Assembly: GCA_964547225.1 (NCBI GenBank)
Contig: CAZJMV010000212.1
Location: 146,067 to 210,066 of the forward strand
DNA: 64,000 bases
From: an uncultured Anaerolineaceae bacterium
Lineage (GTDB): Bacteria; Chloroflexota; Anaerolineae; Anaerolineales; UBA4823
Direction of reading: 5' to 3'
In this document: in pieces, positions 46,372 to 57,062 of the stretch
Layout of the letters: each line of letters begins with the position of its first letter
Position numbering within the stretch: position 1 is the stretch's first letter
Notes under the pieces: generated by a model
What the model was told of the DNA's origin: nothing
The model's input: only the letters and a program-made list of their open reading frames with translations
Databases searched by the model: none
Translations under genes and position numbers: made by a program

Positions 46372-46854
46372 ATGGAAAAGAAAAAACTGTTTTGGATTAC
46401 GGTAAGTTTGATTATGGTTTTCTTATCTTCAATCACATGTCAGTCGTTTTCTGGAGGAAATATTGAAGAAATGCCTGAAGTGGAGAGAACGGAAGGAGTA
46501 CGCAAGGAGACAGTTACGAATCTACCTTTAGGAGAAACTCAAGCGCCAACTGAAATTAATCCGGAAAATTATGACACGGATTTCCCCTTGCCTGAGGATG
46601 TGCAGAACTTTCAAAAGATCAATGAACAAAACATCAGTTATCAAACCAGCTTGAGTATAGAGAAAATTCTGGCTTTTTATCGTCAAGAATTAATCGCACA
46701 AGGATTCAGCGAGGTCGATATCTTAACTCAAATCAACCCAGACAATTTCAGCATTGTCTTTAGCCCTGCTTCAGGGGGAGTGGATATCGTCGTTCAAGGT
46801 GTACAACTCGACCCCAATACTTTAAATGTTAATATCCGTTATGAGGATGTATAA
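46372..46854 (+). CDS. Hypothetical secreted protein
   Basis: Signal peptide only; no motif recognised. Confidence 0.45.
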   Translation: MEKKKLFWITVSLIMVFLSSITCQSFSGGNIEEMPEVERTEGVRKETVTNLPLGETQAPTEINPENYDTDFPLPEDVQNFQKINEQNISYQTSLSIEKILAFYRQELIAQGFSEVDILTQINPDNFSIVFSPASGGVDIVVQGVQLDPNTLNVNIRYEDV

Positions 46855-46858
46855 AGGA

Positions 46859-46888
46859 ATCAGAACGGCGAGAAAATGCCGTTCTGAT
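46859..46888. terminator. Hairpin terminator between convergent genes
   Basis: ATCAGAACGGC / GCCGTTCTGAT 11-bp stem with an 8-nt loop, followed by ATTTAT. Confidence 0.7.
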
Positions 46889-46917
46889 ATTTATCATTCA
46901 TTTATAATTCTATAAGC

Positions 46918-47616
46918 CTATCGTCGTCTTCCACCCATCCCAAGGACAAGCGTTACCCAATAGAGCAATTGCATAATGGCAGTAATTAAAGCAGCCACAT
47001 AAGTTAAGGCAGCTGCATTAAGCACATTATTAACACCACGCATCTCTTCTTCACCCACAATCAGACCTGTTTCTTGCAATAATCGACGCGCTCGAGAAGA
47101 TGCATTCAATTCAACCGGTAGAGTAGCTAACGCAAATAACGCACCTCCTGAAAAGACCAGTATACCCAACCAAGCAATACCCGTCATCTGCAGTAATAAT
47201 CCGATAAAAATCAAGATCCAACCTAAGTAAGATCCGATATTCACCATAGGAACAATAGCAGCCCGAAACCTAAGAGGGAGATAATCCTCTTGGTCCTGCA
47301 CAGCGTGCCCCAATTCATGCGCGGCTATCGCTAACGATGCAATGGATGTGCCTTCATAAACCCCTCGCGAAAGTCGCAGTACTTTGCTACGTGGATCATA
47401 ATGATCAGAAAGGCGTCCTTGCACACCCTCAACCTTCACATCATACAGTCCAGCATATTGAATCAATCGCTTTGCTGCCTCAGCACCAGATACTCGGCTG
47501 CGAGCTTGCACACGACTCCAATGATTATATGCTGAAGATACATACCATTGCACCAACATCATGATCAAGAATGCTGGAAGCATAAACATCAAATAACGAT
47601 AATCATAAAAGAACAT
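46918..47616 (-). CDS. Membrane zinc metallopeptidase (YugP-like)
   Basis: HELGHAVQD HExxH motif and flanking transmembrane helices. Confidence 0.8.
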   Translation of the reverse strand: MFFYDYRYLMFMLPAFLIMMLVQWYVSSAYNHWSRVQARSRVSGAEAAKRLIQYAGLYDVKVEGVQGRLSDHYDPRSKVLRLSRGVYEGTSIASLAIAAHELGHAVQDQEDYLPLRFRAAIVPMVNIGSYLGWILIFIGLLLQMTGIAWLGILVFSGGALFALATLPVELNASSRARRLLQETGLIVGEEEMRGVNNVLNAAALTYVAALITAIMQLLYWVTLVLGMGGRRR

Positions 47617-47666
47617 AGATTAGCTCCTTTCTAAAAATAATTTTCGAATCTCGCGGACTATCTCAA

Positions 47667-48923
47667 TTACTTTATTAATAATTCAACAGCTTTTTCTAAT
47701 TGAGGATCTTCACCAGCTTCAAAATCTTCTTCAGTAAATTCAACCTCATAATCGGGTTGTAATCCGACTTCATTAATCTGTCTTTTGTCCGGTGTTAACC
47801 ATCGCGCAACTGTAACGCGTACTGCACCTTGATCATTGACGAGTGGTGTATAGGTTTGTACTGAACCTTTCCCAAAAGATGTCTCTCCTACTAAGACACC
47901 GCGCCCTCGATCTTGTATAGCGCCCGCAACAATCTCCGAAGCTGAAGCGCTACCCTCGTTGATCAAGATAACCAAAGGTATCTCCGTTGAAAGCCCTCCA
48001 CTCTTCGCTTTATAAATCTCATTGGATCCATCTCCAAACTCTTCAATCATCACAGTCCCCTCCCCAATAAACTGGGAAACCACTTCTATGGCTGTGTCCA
48101 AATAGCCACCACCATTATTACGCAAATCTAAGATCAATCCATCCGGATCTTGTTCAAGCAAATCCTTTAAAGCCGATTTCAGATCTTTTATTGTAGCATC
48201 CCCAAAAGTAAAGAGTTGAACGTAAGCAATATTTTCTTCTAACATGCGACTATCAACCGTAGGGACAATGATTGAACCACGGGTAACATCCACATCGAAA
48301 GGTTTTTCCAATCCTTCTCGGAGAATCGTAAGTGTGATCGTTGAACCCTCAGGTCCTAAGACTTGTTGACGCACCAATTCCCCATCGATACCAGACATAT
48401 CTTCACCATCAATAGCAATGATTTTGTCATTAGGTTTCAATCCTGCCTTTTCCGCTGGAGAACCAGGCATAGGACTGATAATTGTCAAATAATCTTGAGT
48501 TGTGTCTACCCAAGCGCCAATCCCTTCATATTCCTCGCCTTCCAGATGGGCATTCGCTTCCATATACATATCTGGATCCAAATATGAAGTATGTTGATCA
48601 CCTAATGATTCCAACATACCCTGAATGGCACCTCTCATCATCAATTCATGGTCAACTGGTTGATCGACGAATTCTTCTTCTACCAAAGTCCAAGCTTGCC
48701 AAAAAGGCTCAAACAGAATTTCTAGATCAGTTGGAGTAACTGTCTTAGTCTCCGTTTCCGCTTCAGTAGTGATCAATTCCCCAAGGTAAGGTATCGATTG
48801 GAAAGAGGCGCTTTTAGCAGTTGCACCAAAGGCGCTTCCAGCCAGAAAACCTACTGTGCAAGCTGAGCTCAAGAGTATCACCGCTAATAACATACTTCCA
48901 ATGATGATTTTTTTTGATTGCAT
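47667..48923 (-). CDS. ctpA: S41 family C-terminal processing peptidase with a PDZ domain
   Basis: PDZ (GSPAEKAGLKPNDKIIAIDG). LDLRNNGGG. Catalytic region GSASASEIVAGA...GETSFGKG. Confidence 0.9.
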   Translation of the reverse strand: MQSKKIIIGSMLLAVILLSSACTVGFLAGSAFGATAKSASFQSIPYLGELITTEAETETKTVTPTDLEILFEPFWQAWTLVEEEFVDQPVDHELMMRGAIQGMLESLGDQHTSYLDPDMYMEANAHLEGEEYEGIGAWVDTTQDYLTIISPMPGSPAEKAGLKPNDKIIAIDGEDMSGIDGELVRQQVLGPEGSTITLTILREGLEKPFDVDVTRGSIIVPTVDSRMLEENIAYVQLFTFGDATIKDLKSALKDLLEQDPDGLILDLRNNGGGYLDTAIEVVSQFIGEGTVMIEEFGDGSNEIYKAKSGGLSTEIPLVILINEGSASASEIVAGAIQDRGRGVLVGETSFGKGSVQTYTPLVNDQGAVRVTVARWLTPDKRQINEVGLQPDYEVEFTEEDFEAGEDPQLEKAVELLIK

Positions 48924-49275
48924 TAATTACTCCTTCAGATTAAGCTTGCGAACATAACCATTATTTCATACAATTCAATAAATACAAAAAAATAATCAGA
49001 TCACAAGCCATTTATTTCATCTATATACAATTCTCCCGAATATCCATTAATAACGTGCTAATAAAGAAAGTTCATAGCGAATAAGAAAAATCATTTTGTA
49101 TTTCGGGCGCTTTAAGGTTATCACAAGATGATTAGAAATAAATAAATACTTTGCAAGAATCCCGATAACAAAACCAAACCATAAAAAGCAAAAAATCAAA
49201 TTTCAAGATTTCTATATAGAAATTGGATCATTGACTGAATTATTGATCAATTCTATAATATGTGATGTCTAAGTA

Positions 49276-49704
49276 ATGCCTCTTATGAGTATCAGCTTCA
49301 ATAATCAATATGGAGGTCACATGAAGAAAGAAAACGGATTACATAAACTAGAGACTTTCCTACTCTGGCTATTAATTGGTGAATTAGCCTACACTTTATT
49401 TTTTTCTATCATTGCCATATTTGCATTACCATCCGACGCAATCTGGTCTATCTTCTATGATCATATCCGCGCGGGTACAATAATCCCTCTAATGATAGCG
49501 TTTCTATTTAACCTAGGAGGAGCTCTAATTGCTTTAGTATCCTACATTTTTCAAAGAGAAGACTCTAAGGAAGCAATCCTTAAACCAGGGATACTATTCA
49601 ATTGGATCATTGTGGCAGTTTTTTCTTTCCCCTATTTGATCCTGCTTTTACAAATGTCGTTCGATATTCTAAACCGAGTGAAATTTTTTGAGACCTATTT
49701 CTAG
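49276..49704 (+). CDS. Hypothetical membrane protein (start may be the ATG at 49321)
   Basis: Four hydrophobic helices; no motif recognised. Confidence 0.4.
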   Translation: MPLMSISFNNQYGGHMKKENGLHKLETFLLWLLIGELAYTLFFSIIAIFALPSDAIWSIFYDHIRAGTIIPLMIAFLFNLGGALIALVSYIFQREDSKEAILKPGILFNWIIVAVFSFPYLILLLQMSFDILNRVKFFETYF

Positions 49705-49721
49705 GAAAAAAAGATCATCTT

Positions 49722-50549
49722 TTATAACCATGTCTCTAAAAAACGTTGATAGGAAGCAGGATCACTAACCCGCTCGGTATAGGACAGGAACATTTCGCCA
49801 TCAAGCGCATAATTAGGATGACAAGAAGTTGGTGCAGCGCCATTCGGGACATTCACAACCCCATTAACAAAAGGGGAAACCAATTCAGCTCTGGATAATT
49901 CTGTTGTAATTTGTTCAGCAGTCAAAATTACATCAACCGCGGTCGCCATCAATTCTTCATCAACACCTTTATTTCTCCCCAGGCGGGCATTACCGTCTTG
50001 ATCTGCTTCTAAAACATGCAGTACAGCCAAATCAGGTTTTATCGCCGGGAAAGCAATTAGCTCCTCTCCATTATAAGGATCTATTATCGTTTTTACATCT
50101 GGGCGTAATTTTGGTAAATCAGTACTTAACCAACCGCGTCCGGGCATAAAACCAACTCCCGCCATCTGAGCTCGTAAACCAAATGCTAAGCTAGCTTCAG
50201 TTTCCTCAATAATATCAACTTCACCACGATTAGCATAGTAAGTAAACATAGGTGCCAACCCAAAAATCTCTAGACCAAAATAACAGGTGCGCACTCGTGA
50301 AACCATCCCTGCACCAACCAAGAGATCGCTTTCCAATCCTGCCGTAAAGGATAAAAGCGTGAGATCGTTAGGTTGACCAGTCTGCAGAAAATGCTTGATC
50401 AAAGCTCGCACAAATCCGATTGGTCGACGATAGTTCGTCATACCGCCAAGCGCTAACAAGGAACCAGATTCAACTCGCTCTACTGCATCATCTAATGATA
50501 TTCGTTTATCTAACATCTGTCTCCTTGATTTTTTCTCCGTTTTGATCAC
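49722..50549 (-). CDS. CoA-transferase subunit A-like protein (GctA/AtoD family)
   Basis: LALGGMTNYRRP and GFMPGRGW patterns of family I CoA-transferase alpha subunits. No adjacent beta subunit. Confidence 0.7.
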   Translation of the reverse strand: MIKTEKKSRRQMLDKRISLDDAVERVESGSLLALGGMTNYRRPIGFVRALIKHFLQTGQPNDLTLLSFTAGLESDLLVGAGMVSRVRTCYFGLEIFGLAPMFTYYANRGEVDIIEETEASLAFGLRAQMAGVGFMPGRGWLSTDLPKLRPDVKTIIDPYNGEELIAFPAIKPDLAVLHVLEADQDGNARLGRNKGVDEELMATAVDVILTAEQITTELSRAELVSPFVNGVVNVPNGAAPTSCHPNYALDGEMFLSYTERVSDPASYQRFLETWL

Positions 50550-50784
50550 TTATAGCTCGGTGTTTTGCTCTTTCCTTCTGCAATTCTCCCACTAGGGAAG
50601 ACAATTCTTTTAGGTCATCATCCTCGGATTTCCATGGATCACGAACCCGTTCTGAAGCACGTCGAAACAACTCAATAGAACCGGTTACATTCCCTCGCGT
50701 AACAGATAAATAAATCAAAGCATTTATTCCGATCACAAAAAATAGCGTAATGCAGAGAACTAACGCTGCTTTTTCCAATTCCAT
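50506..50784 (-). CDS. Hypothetical small membrane protein
   Basis: One N-terminal transmembrane helix plus a charged tail. Overlaps the downstream ORF by 44 nt. Confidence 0.35.
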   Translation of the reverse strand: MELEKAALVLCITLFFVIGINALIYLSVTRGNVTGSIELFRRASERVRDPWKSEDDDLKELSSLVGELQKERAKHRAISDQNGEKIKETDVR

Positions 50785-50838
50785 TTTTTTTAAATGCCTC
50801 TTGGAAGATAATTCGCTTATCGATCCTAATAGTTATCC

Positions 50839-51480
50839 TTATTTAAACTGTTGAAGGACTTGTGGTAATCGTAAAAGATCTGGAATTGCAAAATCTACAT
50901 GCGTAAAATGATCACCATCACGTCCTACCAAAATCGTTTTAAAACCTAATTGGTGTGCTGTCTTCACATTTTCAGCAGAATCGTCCACAAAGACCGACTG
51001 TCCTGTAGTAGGATTTCCAGCCAAGGCAAGCGCTCGCTGATAAGCGATCTCTTCAGGTTTACAAGCGAAGTCAATCGCACGAACATCGATGATACCTTCA
51101 AAACAATCGGAAACGCCAAGTATCTCTAGCACGCGTATAGCATGATTTGAATCTGCATTGGTAAATATCCATCGCTGATATGGCAGACTTAGAAGCATAT
51201 GACGTAATCGGGGCGCGGGTTGGATGAATTCACGCAATGGCAAATCATGCACAAAAGCTAAATATTCATCAGCATCTACTTGGTAATGGATTTGTAATCC
51301 CTTTAAAGTTGTGCCATATTTCTGGTAATAAGAATGTCTTAAGCTAACTACTTCATTATCTTGCATGCCAAAGCGTTGTTTGATATACAGATTCATGCGA
51401 TCACGTATCGCTTCCCAGAGCCCGTTGTCACTTGGATAAAGTGTTCCATCTAGATCAATAAAAAGAGTAGAAATTGCCAT
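50839..51480 (-). CDS. HAD-superfamily hydrolase (pyrimidine 5'-nucleotidase-like)
   Basis: Motif I FIDLDGTLY and motif IV-type VFVDDS. Confidence 0.75.
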   Translation of the reverse strand: MAISTLFIDLDGTLYPSDNGLWEAIRDRMNLYIKQRFGMQDNEVVSLRHSYYQKYGTTLKGLQIHYQVDADEYLAFVHDLPLREFIQPAPRLRHMLLSLPYQRWIFTNADSNHAIRVLEILGVSDCFEGIIDVRAIDFACKPEEIAYQRALALAGNPTTGQSVFVDDSAENVKTAHQLGFKTILVGRDGDHFTHVDFAIPDLLRLPQVLQQFK

Positions 51481-51574
51481 AGGTGTATTATACAGTTGAA
51501 TAGAGATTTCGTCGAAGAATTATCACCTACAAAATACCATTTCCAGCTAAGTAACTATCCCTTATAATAAGAAC

Positions 51575-53344
51575 ATGCCTATTCAAATATTAGCACCTGA
51601 AGTTGCCTCACAAATTGCAGCTGGCGAAGTTGTAGAACGTCCTGCCTCAGTCGTTAAAGAATTGATTGAAAACGCACTCGACTCAGGCGCAAGCTTTATT
51701 GAAATAAAAATTGAAGAAGCAGGCAGAAGTTTAATAGAAGTAGCCGATGATGGCACCGGAATTCCAATCAATGAATTAAACCTAGCTATTGAGCGCCACG
51801 CTACCAGTAAGTTAAATCTAGCCAGTGACCTTTTCCAAATAAAAACACTTGGCTTTCGAGGTGAAGCGCTTTCATCGATTAGCTCCATTTCAAGATTAAC
51901 GCTCACTTCGCGCTATCAAGGAAGCGAAATAGGAGGCTGCTTGCGTGTTGAGGCAGGAACGGTAAAATCGCTTGATACCGTTGGTGTTCCAATTGGAACA
52001 GTAGCGCGTGTCGAAGAACTTTTTTACAACACACCAGCGCGATTGAAATTCCTAAAAAGTGACGTAACTGAGCGAAGACATATCAATCATCTAGTTACGC
52101 GATATGCTTTAGCATACCCAAACGTTCGTTTTCAGCTTTTTCAAGATAACCGACAAAACCTAAAGACCAGTGGTAATGGAGACCAGCGCGAGATCTTGGT
52201 TGAGATGTATGGCGCAGACATTGCTCGACAAATGCTTGAAGTGATCTACGACGACCCACAAATCAGCATTCATGGGTTCATTAGTCCAACCTCATTAACC
52301 CGCTCCAACCGCAAAGAAATCACCTTTTTTGTGAACGGTCGCCCGGTTCAAGATGCCGCGTTGATCGCCGCGCTGCTAAAAGGCTATTACACACTACTTA
52401 TGGTTGGTAGATATCCAATCGCAGTATTATTTATCCAATTGAGCCCTGACAAAGTAGATGTCAATGTACACCCTACAAAAGCAGAGGTGCGCTTTGAACA
52501 ACCTAGCCAAATCTTCACTAGTGTTCAAAGCGCTATTCGGAGAGCTCTATTGGCATATAACCCTGTTCCTGAATTAGCTGACCAAAGTCATTGGTCAAGG
52601 CAGTCTTCTCAAATAGGTGCACTTTGGCAAAGCGATTCACCTTGGGAAAAAATTCGACAAAACCCATTCAGTGATCAACCTTACTCACAACAATTAAACC
52701 AAACGGAAAGTGACGAAAATCTACAAACACGACCATTCCCGGGTAATTTACCTGTCGAAGGTGTACCATTACTGAGGCCAATTGGTCAAATTGCAAACGC
52801 TTACTTGGTGGCTGAAGGACCGGATGGACTCTATTTAATAGACCAACACGCTGCTCATGAGAGAATCCTTTTTGAACGTTTCCTATCTCAAACTGAGCAA
52901 GAAATTCCATCGCAAGCGCTTTTACAACCAGCAACCCTGGAATTAGCTTCCAACAGCGCAAGTATTATCAGCGAACAACTACCAATTCTATCCAAACTCG
53001 GCTTCGATATAGAGGAGTTCGGTCGAAATACTTTTATCATTCGGTCCATTCCAGAATTGTTATCAAATACTGATCCAATAAAGGCATTACATGTATTAGT
53101 CGAAGAATTCGAGGAAGATGAAACTCCCTTGAAGGCACAAAAAGAAGCACGTCTGATTGCCAGAATTTGCAAACGAGCTTCGGTAAAAGCTGGACAAGCA
53201 CTTTCCCCAGAAGAACAACGCATAATGTTGCAGGATTTAGAGGCATGTAAATCTCCACGCACTTGTCCTCATGGAAGACCAACGATGATCCATATATCCG
53301 TCGATCTCCTTGAGCGTCAATTTGGACGGAAGGGCGCAAGGTAA
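51575..53344 (+). CDS. mutL: DNA mismatch repair protein MutL
   Basis: IAAGEVVERPASVVKELIENALDSGA, GFRGEALSSI, C-terminal dimerisation/endonuclease region. Confidence 0.95.
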   Translation: MPIQILAPEVASQIAAGEVVERPASVVKELIENALDSGASFIEIKIEEAGRSLIEVADDGTGIPINELNLAIERHATSKLNLASDLFQIKTLGFRGEALSSISSISRLTLTSRYQGSEIGGCLRVEAGTVKSLDTVGVPIGTVARVEELFYNTPARLKFLKSDVTERRHINHLVTRYALAYPNVRFQLFQDNRQNLKTSGNGDQREILVEMYGADIARQMLEVIYDDPQISIHGFISPTSLTRSNRKEITFFVNGRPVQDAALIAALLKGYYTLLMVGRYPIAVLFIQLSPDKVDVNVHPTKAEVRFEQPSQIFTSVQSAIRRALLAYNPVPELADQSHWSRQSSQIGALWQSDSPWEKIRQNPFSDQPYSQQLNQTESDENLQTRPFPGNLPVEGVPLLRPIGQIANAYLVAEGPDGLYLIDQHAAHERILFERFLSQTEQEIPSQALLQPATLELASNSASIISEQLPILSKLGFDIEEFGRNTFIIRSIPELLSNTDPIKALHVLVEEFEEDETPLKAQKEARLIARICKRASVKAGQALSPEEQRIMLQDLEACKSPRTCPHGRPTMIHISVDLLERQFGRKGAR

Positions 53345-53412
53345 TATTCTCAATTTAATTGATTTAAGTTTTTATTCGAGGGGTTGTATGAAAAATATGA
53401 AAAAGTAAATCA

Positions 53413-54213
53413 CTAACTATTTTTTTGACGAAGCATCTTTACGATCTTGGGGATCACTTTAGCTACATCATCGTGCAGAACAACATCCGCACGAACATCA
53501 AGATAGGTTTGAGAATGGTTAATCAGTATGACGTGAGCTCCTTTTTCCAAGGCATGCATAGGTAATCCCGCCACTGGTAAGACTTCTAAAGAAGACCCAG
53601 CCACAATCATCAAATCACAATTTCGGCTCGCTTCAACTGCTTTAAGCCAAACTTTTGCAGGGAGCTGTTCACCAAACAACATCAAATCAGGCTTTAAAAT
53701 ACTACCACAATGTTTGCAGTGTGGAATGATATCATCCTCTAAATACGATTTTATAAAGTCATCTCCCTTATACTTTCGATAACAACTGACACAAGTTAAT
53801 GAATCTAAAGTGCCATGAATTTCCAGAACATTTTGAGAGCCTGCTTTTATATGCAACATATCAATATTTTGTGTAATGATTGTATTGATTTTCCCGGCTC
53901 TTTCTAGTTCAACCAAACCAAGATGAGCAGCATTAGGTTTTGCTCCAACAATTTTTTTAGCTAGTTCTTTCATCCAAGAATAAAATTTCACTGGATCATA
54001 ACGAAACGCGGTTAAAGAAGCAACTTCCATCGGATTATAATTTTCCCATAACCCATCATGGGGTGATCGAAAATCCGGAATCCCTGAAGGAGTAGAGATA
54101 CCAGCGCCTGTTAATACAACACCTTTCTTGCTCGCGCGAATAATATCTACTGCCCTTTGAATATCATGGGATTCATTTTTTGATCTGTCGGTAACTATTA
54201 AATTGTTTTGCAT
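53413..54213 (-). CDS. cobB: NAD-dependent protein deacylase (Sir2 family)
   Basis: GAGISTPSGIPDFRS, TQNIDMLH, HGT, and Zn-ribbon CVSC...CKHCG. Confidence 0.9.
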   Translation of the reverse strand: MQNNLIVTDRSKNESHDIQRAVDIIRASKKGVVLTGAGISTPSGIPDFRSPHDGLWENYNPMEVASLTAFRYDPVKFYSWMKELAKKIVGAKPNAAHLGLVELERAGKINTIITQNIDMLHIKAGSQNVLEIHGTLDSLTCVSCYRKYKGDDFIKSYLEDDIIPHCKHCGSILKPDLMLFGEQLPAKVWLKAVEASRNCDLMIVAGSSLEVLPVAGLPMHALEKGAHVILINHSQTYLDVRADVVLHDDVAKVIPKIVKMLRQKNS

Positions 54214-55355
54214 TTTTCGATGATGTGTTCGGCTAATTTTATGAATTGTTGGGTAATTATCCCATCTGATTGTAAGTAAATAAGGGGGGAATTATTGACC
54301 AGAGATTGATAGGCTAATTCCTCGTCCGTAGGTATAATAATTTGAATTTCTTCACCAAGCTGATCTTGAACTTCGCTCAATGAGAGTTGCGATCCCGTAA
54401 CTACTCGATTGAGTAAAACATATGACAGATTATCTTTACCTACACCCATCGTATACAGATCATCTAATAACATTTTTGATTGGAAAATGGTCTGGGGAAC
54501 TGGTTCTAAAACAATCAAAACTATATCACTCAATGAAATCACACGTTGATTGGTTAGAGATAAAGAGACGGGTAGATCAAGGACTGTATATTGTGATAGC
54601 CGCGAGAGACCCTTCACAATTAATTCAAACATTTCTGAACGATCTGCATATTTTGAATCTCTAGGATAAGGAGAAGAGAGAAGCAGCTTTAATCCACTTT
54701 CATGGTGAAGAACTGAGTCAACGATCATAGATAGTTCAATATCGGAAAGATCTTCCGATAATAACTGTGTATAGGTTTGAAAGTTAAAAAATCCTAGATC
54801 AAGTCCTAATCGACCATACCCAGGCTTTAGGTCTGAAACCAACACAGAATCATTAAAAAGGTCGTGGATCGTAAAACCCAGATTCAAGGCTACCGTCGTC
54901 ACGCCTAACCCACCTTTTGCAGATAAAACACTAATTACTTTTCCTGGTTTCTCCAGTCCTCTTATTGGATCCTTTTTTATTCGTCCAGCGCGCTTAAGAA
55001 CTGCCTTTACATGAGCTACTAATTCTGGATGTTGAATGGGTTTTGTAAGATAATCATCCGCTCCTATATCAAAGCCTTCTAATTTATCTTCCAGGTCACT
55101 CTTTGCGGTTAGTATGATGATCAGAATATTATTTGTATGTGGATCAGCCCGTAAATTACGAGCGACCTCGATTCCATCCATCCCTGGCATCATGAGATCC
55201 AGAAGAACTAAATCCGGTTGAAGACTCTTGGCTAATAAAATTGCTTGATCACCATTGCTCGCTTCGGAAACTTGATAGCCCTCTCGTTCCAGAACAATAC
55301 CAATTAAACGAAGGGTATCCAGATCATCATCAACTATCAGGATTTTTTCAACCAT
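54198..55355 (-). CDS. Response-regulator receiver domain fused to a TadZ/CpaE-like ParA/MinD ATPase
   Basis: REC (DLVLLDLMMPGMDG). Deviant Walker A SAKGGLGVTT lacking the GK[ST] lysine, as in TadZ/CpaE. Confidence 0.75.
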   Translation of the reverse strand: MVEKILIVDDDLDTLRLIGIVLEREGYQVSEASNGDQAILLAKSLQPDLVLLDLMMPGMDGIEVARNLRADPHTNNILIIILTAKSDLEDKLEGFDIGADDYLTKPIQHPELVAHVKAVLKRAGRIKKDPIRGLEKPGKVISVLSAKGGLGVTTVALNLGFTIHDLFNDSVLVSDLKPGYGRLGLDLGFFNFQTYTQLLSEDLSDIELSMIVDSVLHHESGLKLLLSSPYPRDSKYADRSEMFELIVKGLSRLSQYTVLDLPVSLSLTNQRVISLSDIVLIVLEPVPQTIFQSKMLLDDLYTMGVGKDNLSYVLLNRVVTGSQLSLSEVQDQLGEEIQIIIPTDEELAYQSLVNNSPLIYLQSDGIITQQFIKLAEHIIEKCKTI

Positions 55356-55555
55356 GATTATTCTCCTCTATTATCTACACGCCGAGGCTTGAGGTAAAAC
55401 CATACTATCCACCAATAAATCACTCCGGGTTAACCATTCGTTATTATTCTGCCGAACTTCATGCCAGTTGTTATCACCTGATAAAAAGTCTAGCACAAAG
55501 CATTAATCGTGACAAGTTAATTCCTTCTTCTTCCTCAATTATAATAGGTATTAAG

Positions 55556-56986
55556 ATGATTTATGAGTTTTCTACGATACTGGAAAAATTATGTCAGCTA
55601 AATAAAGATCAAACTATCATCGTGGGTGTATCTGGTGGTCCCGACAGCTTATTCTTATTGGATCATCTATATCAATATAACTATCCACTAATTATCGGGC
55701 ATCTCGATCATATGCTTCGACCAGAGTCCAACGAAGAGGCTGAACATGTAAGACATTATGCTAGACAGCTTGGACTAGACTTTGTGCTTGAAAATGAAAA
55801 TGTGTCCCAATACGCAAAAGAGAAACATCTTTCAGCAGAAGAGGCTGCTCGTGAAATGCGCTACCGTTTTCTATTCAGATTAGCTGAGCGGTATAATGCT
55901 CAAGCTGTCGCTGTTGGTCATAACGCTGATGATCAAGTAGAGACTGTTTTGATGCATATATTACGCGGGTCAGGTCTTTCTGGATTACGAGGTATGTCTT
56001 ATAGAAGTTTGCCAAATCCCTGGAGCGATAAAACAGCTCTAATCCGCCCACTTTTAGGGATATGGCGTACCGAGATTGATGCTTACATAGCCAAACAAAA
56101 ACTCCAACCTAATATCGATATGAGTAATTTAGATAGCAAATACTATCGCAACCGGTTAAGGCATGAGTTAATTCCTTATCTGGAAAAATTTAACTCTGGG
56201 GTTTGCCAGCGCCTTTGGCAAATGGCAGATATCCTACACGATGATGATGAAATCATTCAAAAGATCGTATCGGCACAATGGAAAAAGATAGTTATGCATG
56301 AAAGCAAAGACTATCTGGCTCTTAATTTGGATGTGTTAAAGGCGCAAGACTCTGGTATTCAGCGTAGAATAATCAGAAGATCAATTTTAAAATTACGACC
56401 TGCGATGCGAAATTTAGACTATGCCGCAATCATCCGTGCACAACAATTTCTCGAGGTAATACCCAAAAGAGCTGAAATTGACCTGATCGCAAACCTACGT
56501 TTAGTTTTATTCCATGGCACACTTTTTTTATTGGATTGGAACACAACCATCCCCGTGAGGAACTTCCCACAGATAGATGCTGGAAATGAGATTAAGGTTC
56601 CTATTCCATCTCAATTAGAGCTATCAAAAGGATGGAAAATTCAATCCGAACAGATAAAAATGGACAAGTGTATCTTCACAAGCATAAGAGATAATGAAGA
56701 TCCATTTTTGGCTTGGATCGATAAGGATAGACTAGATTTTCCATTAGTGGTCCGTACTCGGCAAAAAGGAGAACGTTTTTGCCCTCATGGAATGGAAGGG
56801 CGTTCAATAAAATTATCTGATTATATGATCAACAAAAAGATTCCCCGACAAGCGAGAAATAATTACCCTCTAATCATTTCAGGAAAAGAAATCGTATGGA
56901 TTCCCGGTTTCCAATTAGGGCATAAATTCCAAGTGCGAACAAATTCTGAAATGGTCATTCAATTACAATTGCTTTACGAAGAATAA
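55556..56986 (+). CDS. tilS: tRNA(Ile)-lysidine synthetase
   Basis: PP-loop VGVSGGPDS, GHNADDQVET, and a TilS C-terminal domain. Confidence 0.9.
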   Translation: MIYEFSTILEKLCQLNKDQTIIVGVSGGPDSLFLLDHLYQYNYPLIIGHLDHMLRPESNEEAEHVRHYARQLGLDFVLENENVSQYAKEKHLSAEEAAREMRYRFLFRLAERYNAQAVAVGHNADDQVETVLMHILRGSGLSGLRGMSYRSLPNPWSDKTALIRPLLGIWRTEIDAYIAKQKLQPNIDMSNLDSKYYRNRLRHELIPYLEKFNSGVCQRLWQMADILHDDDEIIQKIVSAQWKKIVMHESKDYLALNLDVLKAQDSGIQRRIIRRSILKLRPAMRNLDYAAIIRAQQFLEVIPKRAEIDLIANLRLVLFHGTLFLLDWNTTIPVRNFPQIDAGNEIKVPIPSQLELSKGWKIQSEQIKMDKCIFTSIRDNEDPFLAWIDKDRLDFPLVVRTRQKGERFCPHGMEGRSIKLSDYMINKKIPRQARNNYPLIISGKEIVWIPGFQLGHKFQVRTNSEMVIQLQLLYEE

Positions 56987-57002
56987 AAAGATGTTATTAA
57001 TC

Positions 57003-57035
57003 AAAATACGCCTTGCTTTTGGCAAGGCGTATTTT
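57003..57035. terminator. Bidirectional terminator between tilS and fhs
   Basis: 14-bp perfect stem AAAATACGCCTTGC / GCAAGGCGTATTTT with a 5-nt loop. Confidence 0.8.
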
Positions 57036-57062
57036 GTCTTTGGTGAATGAGATAGCAAGTGA

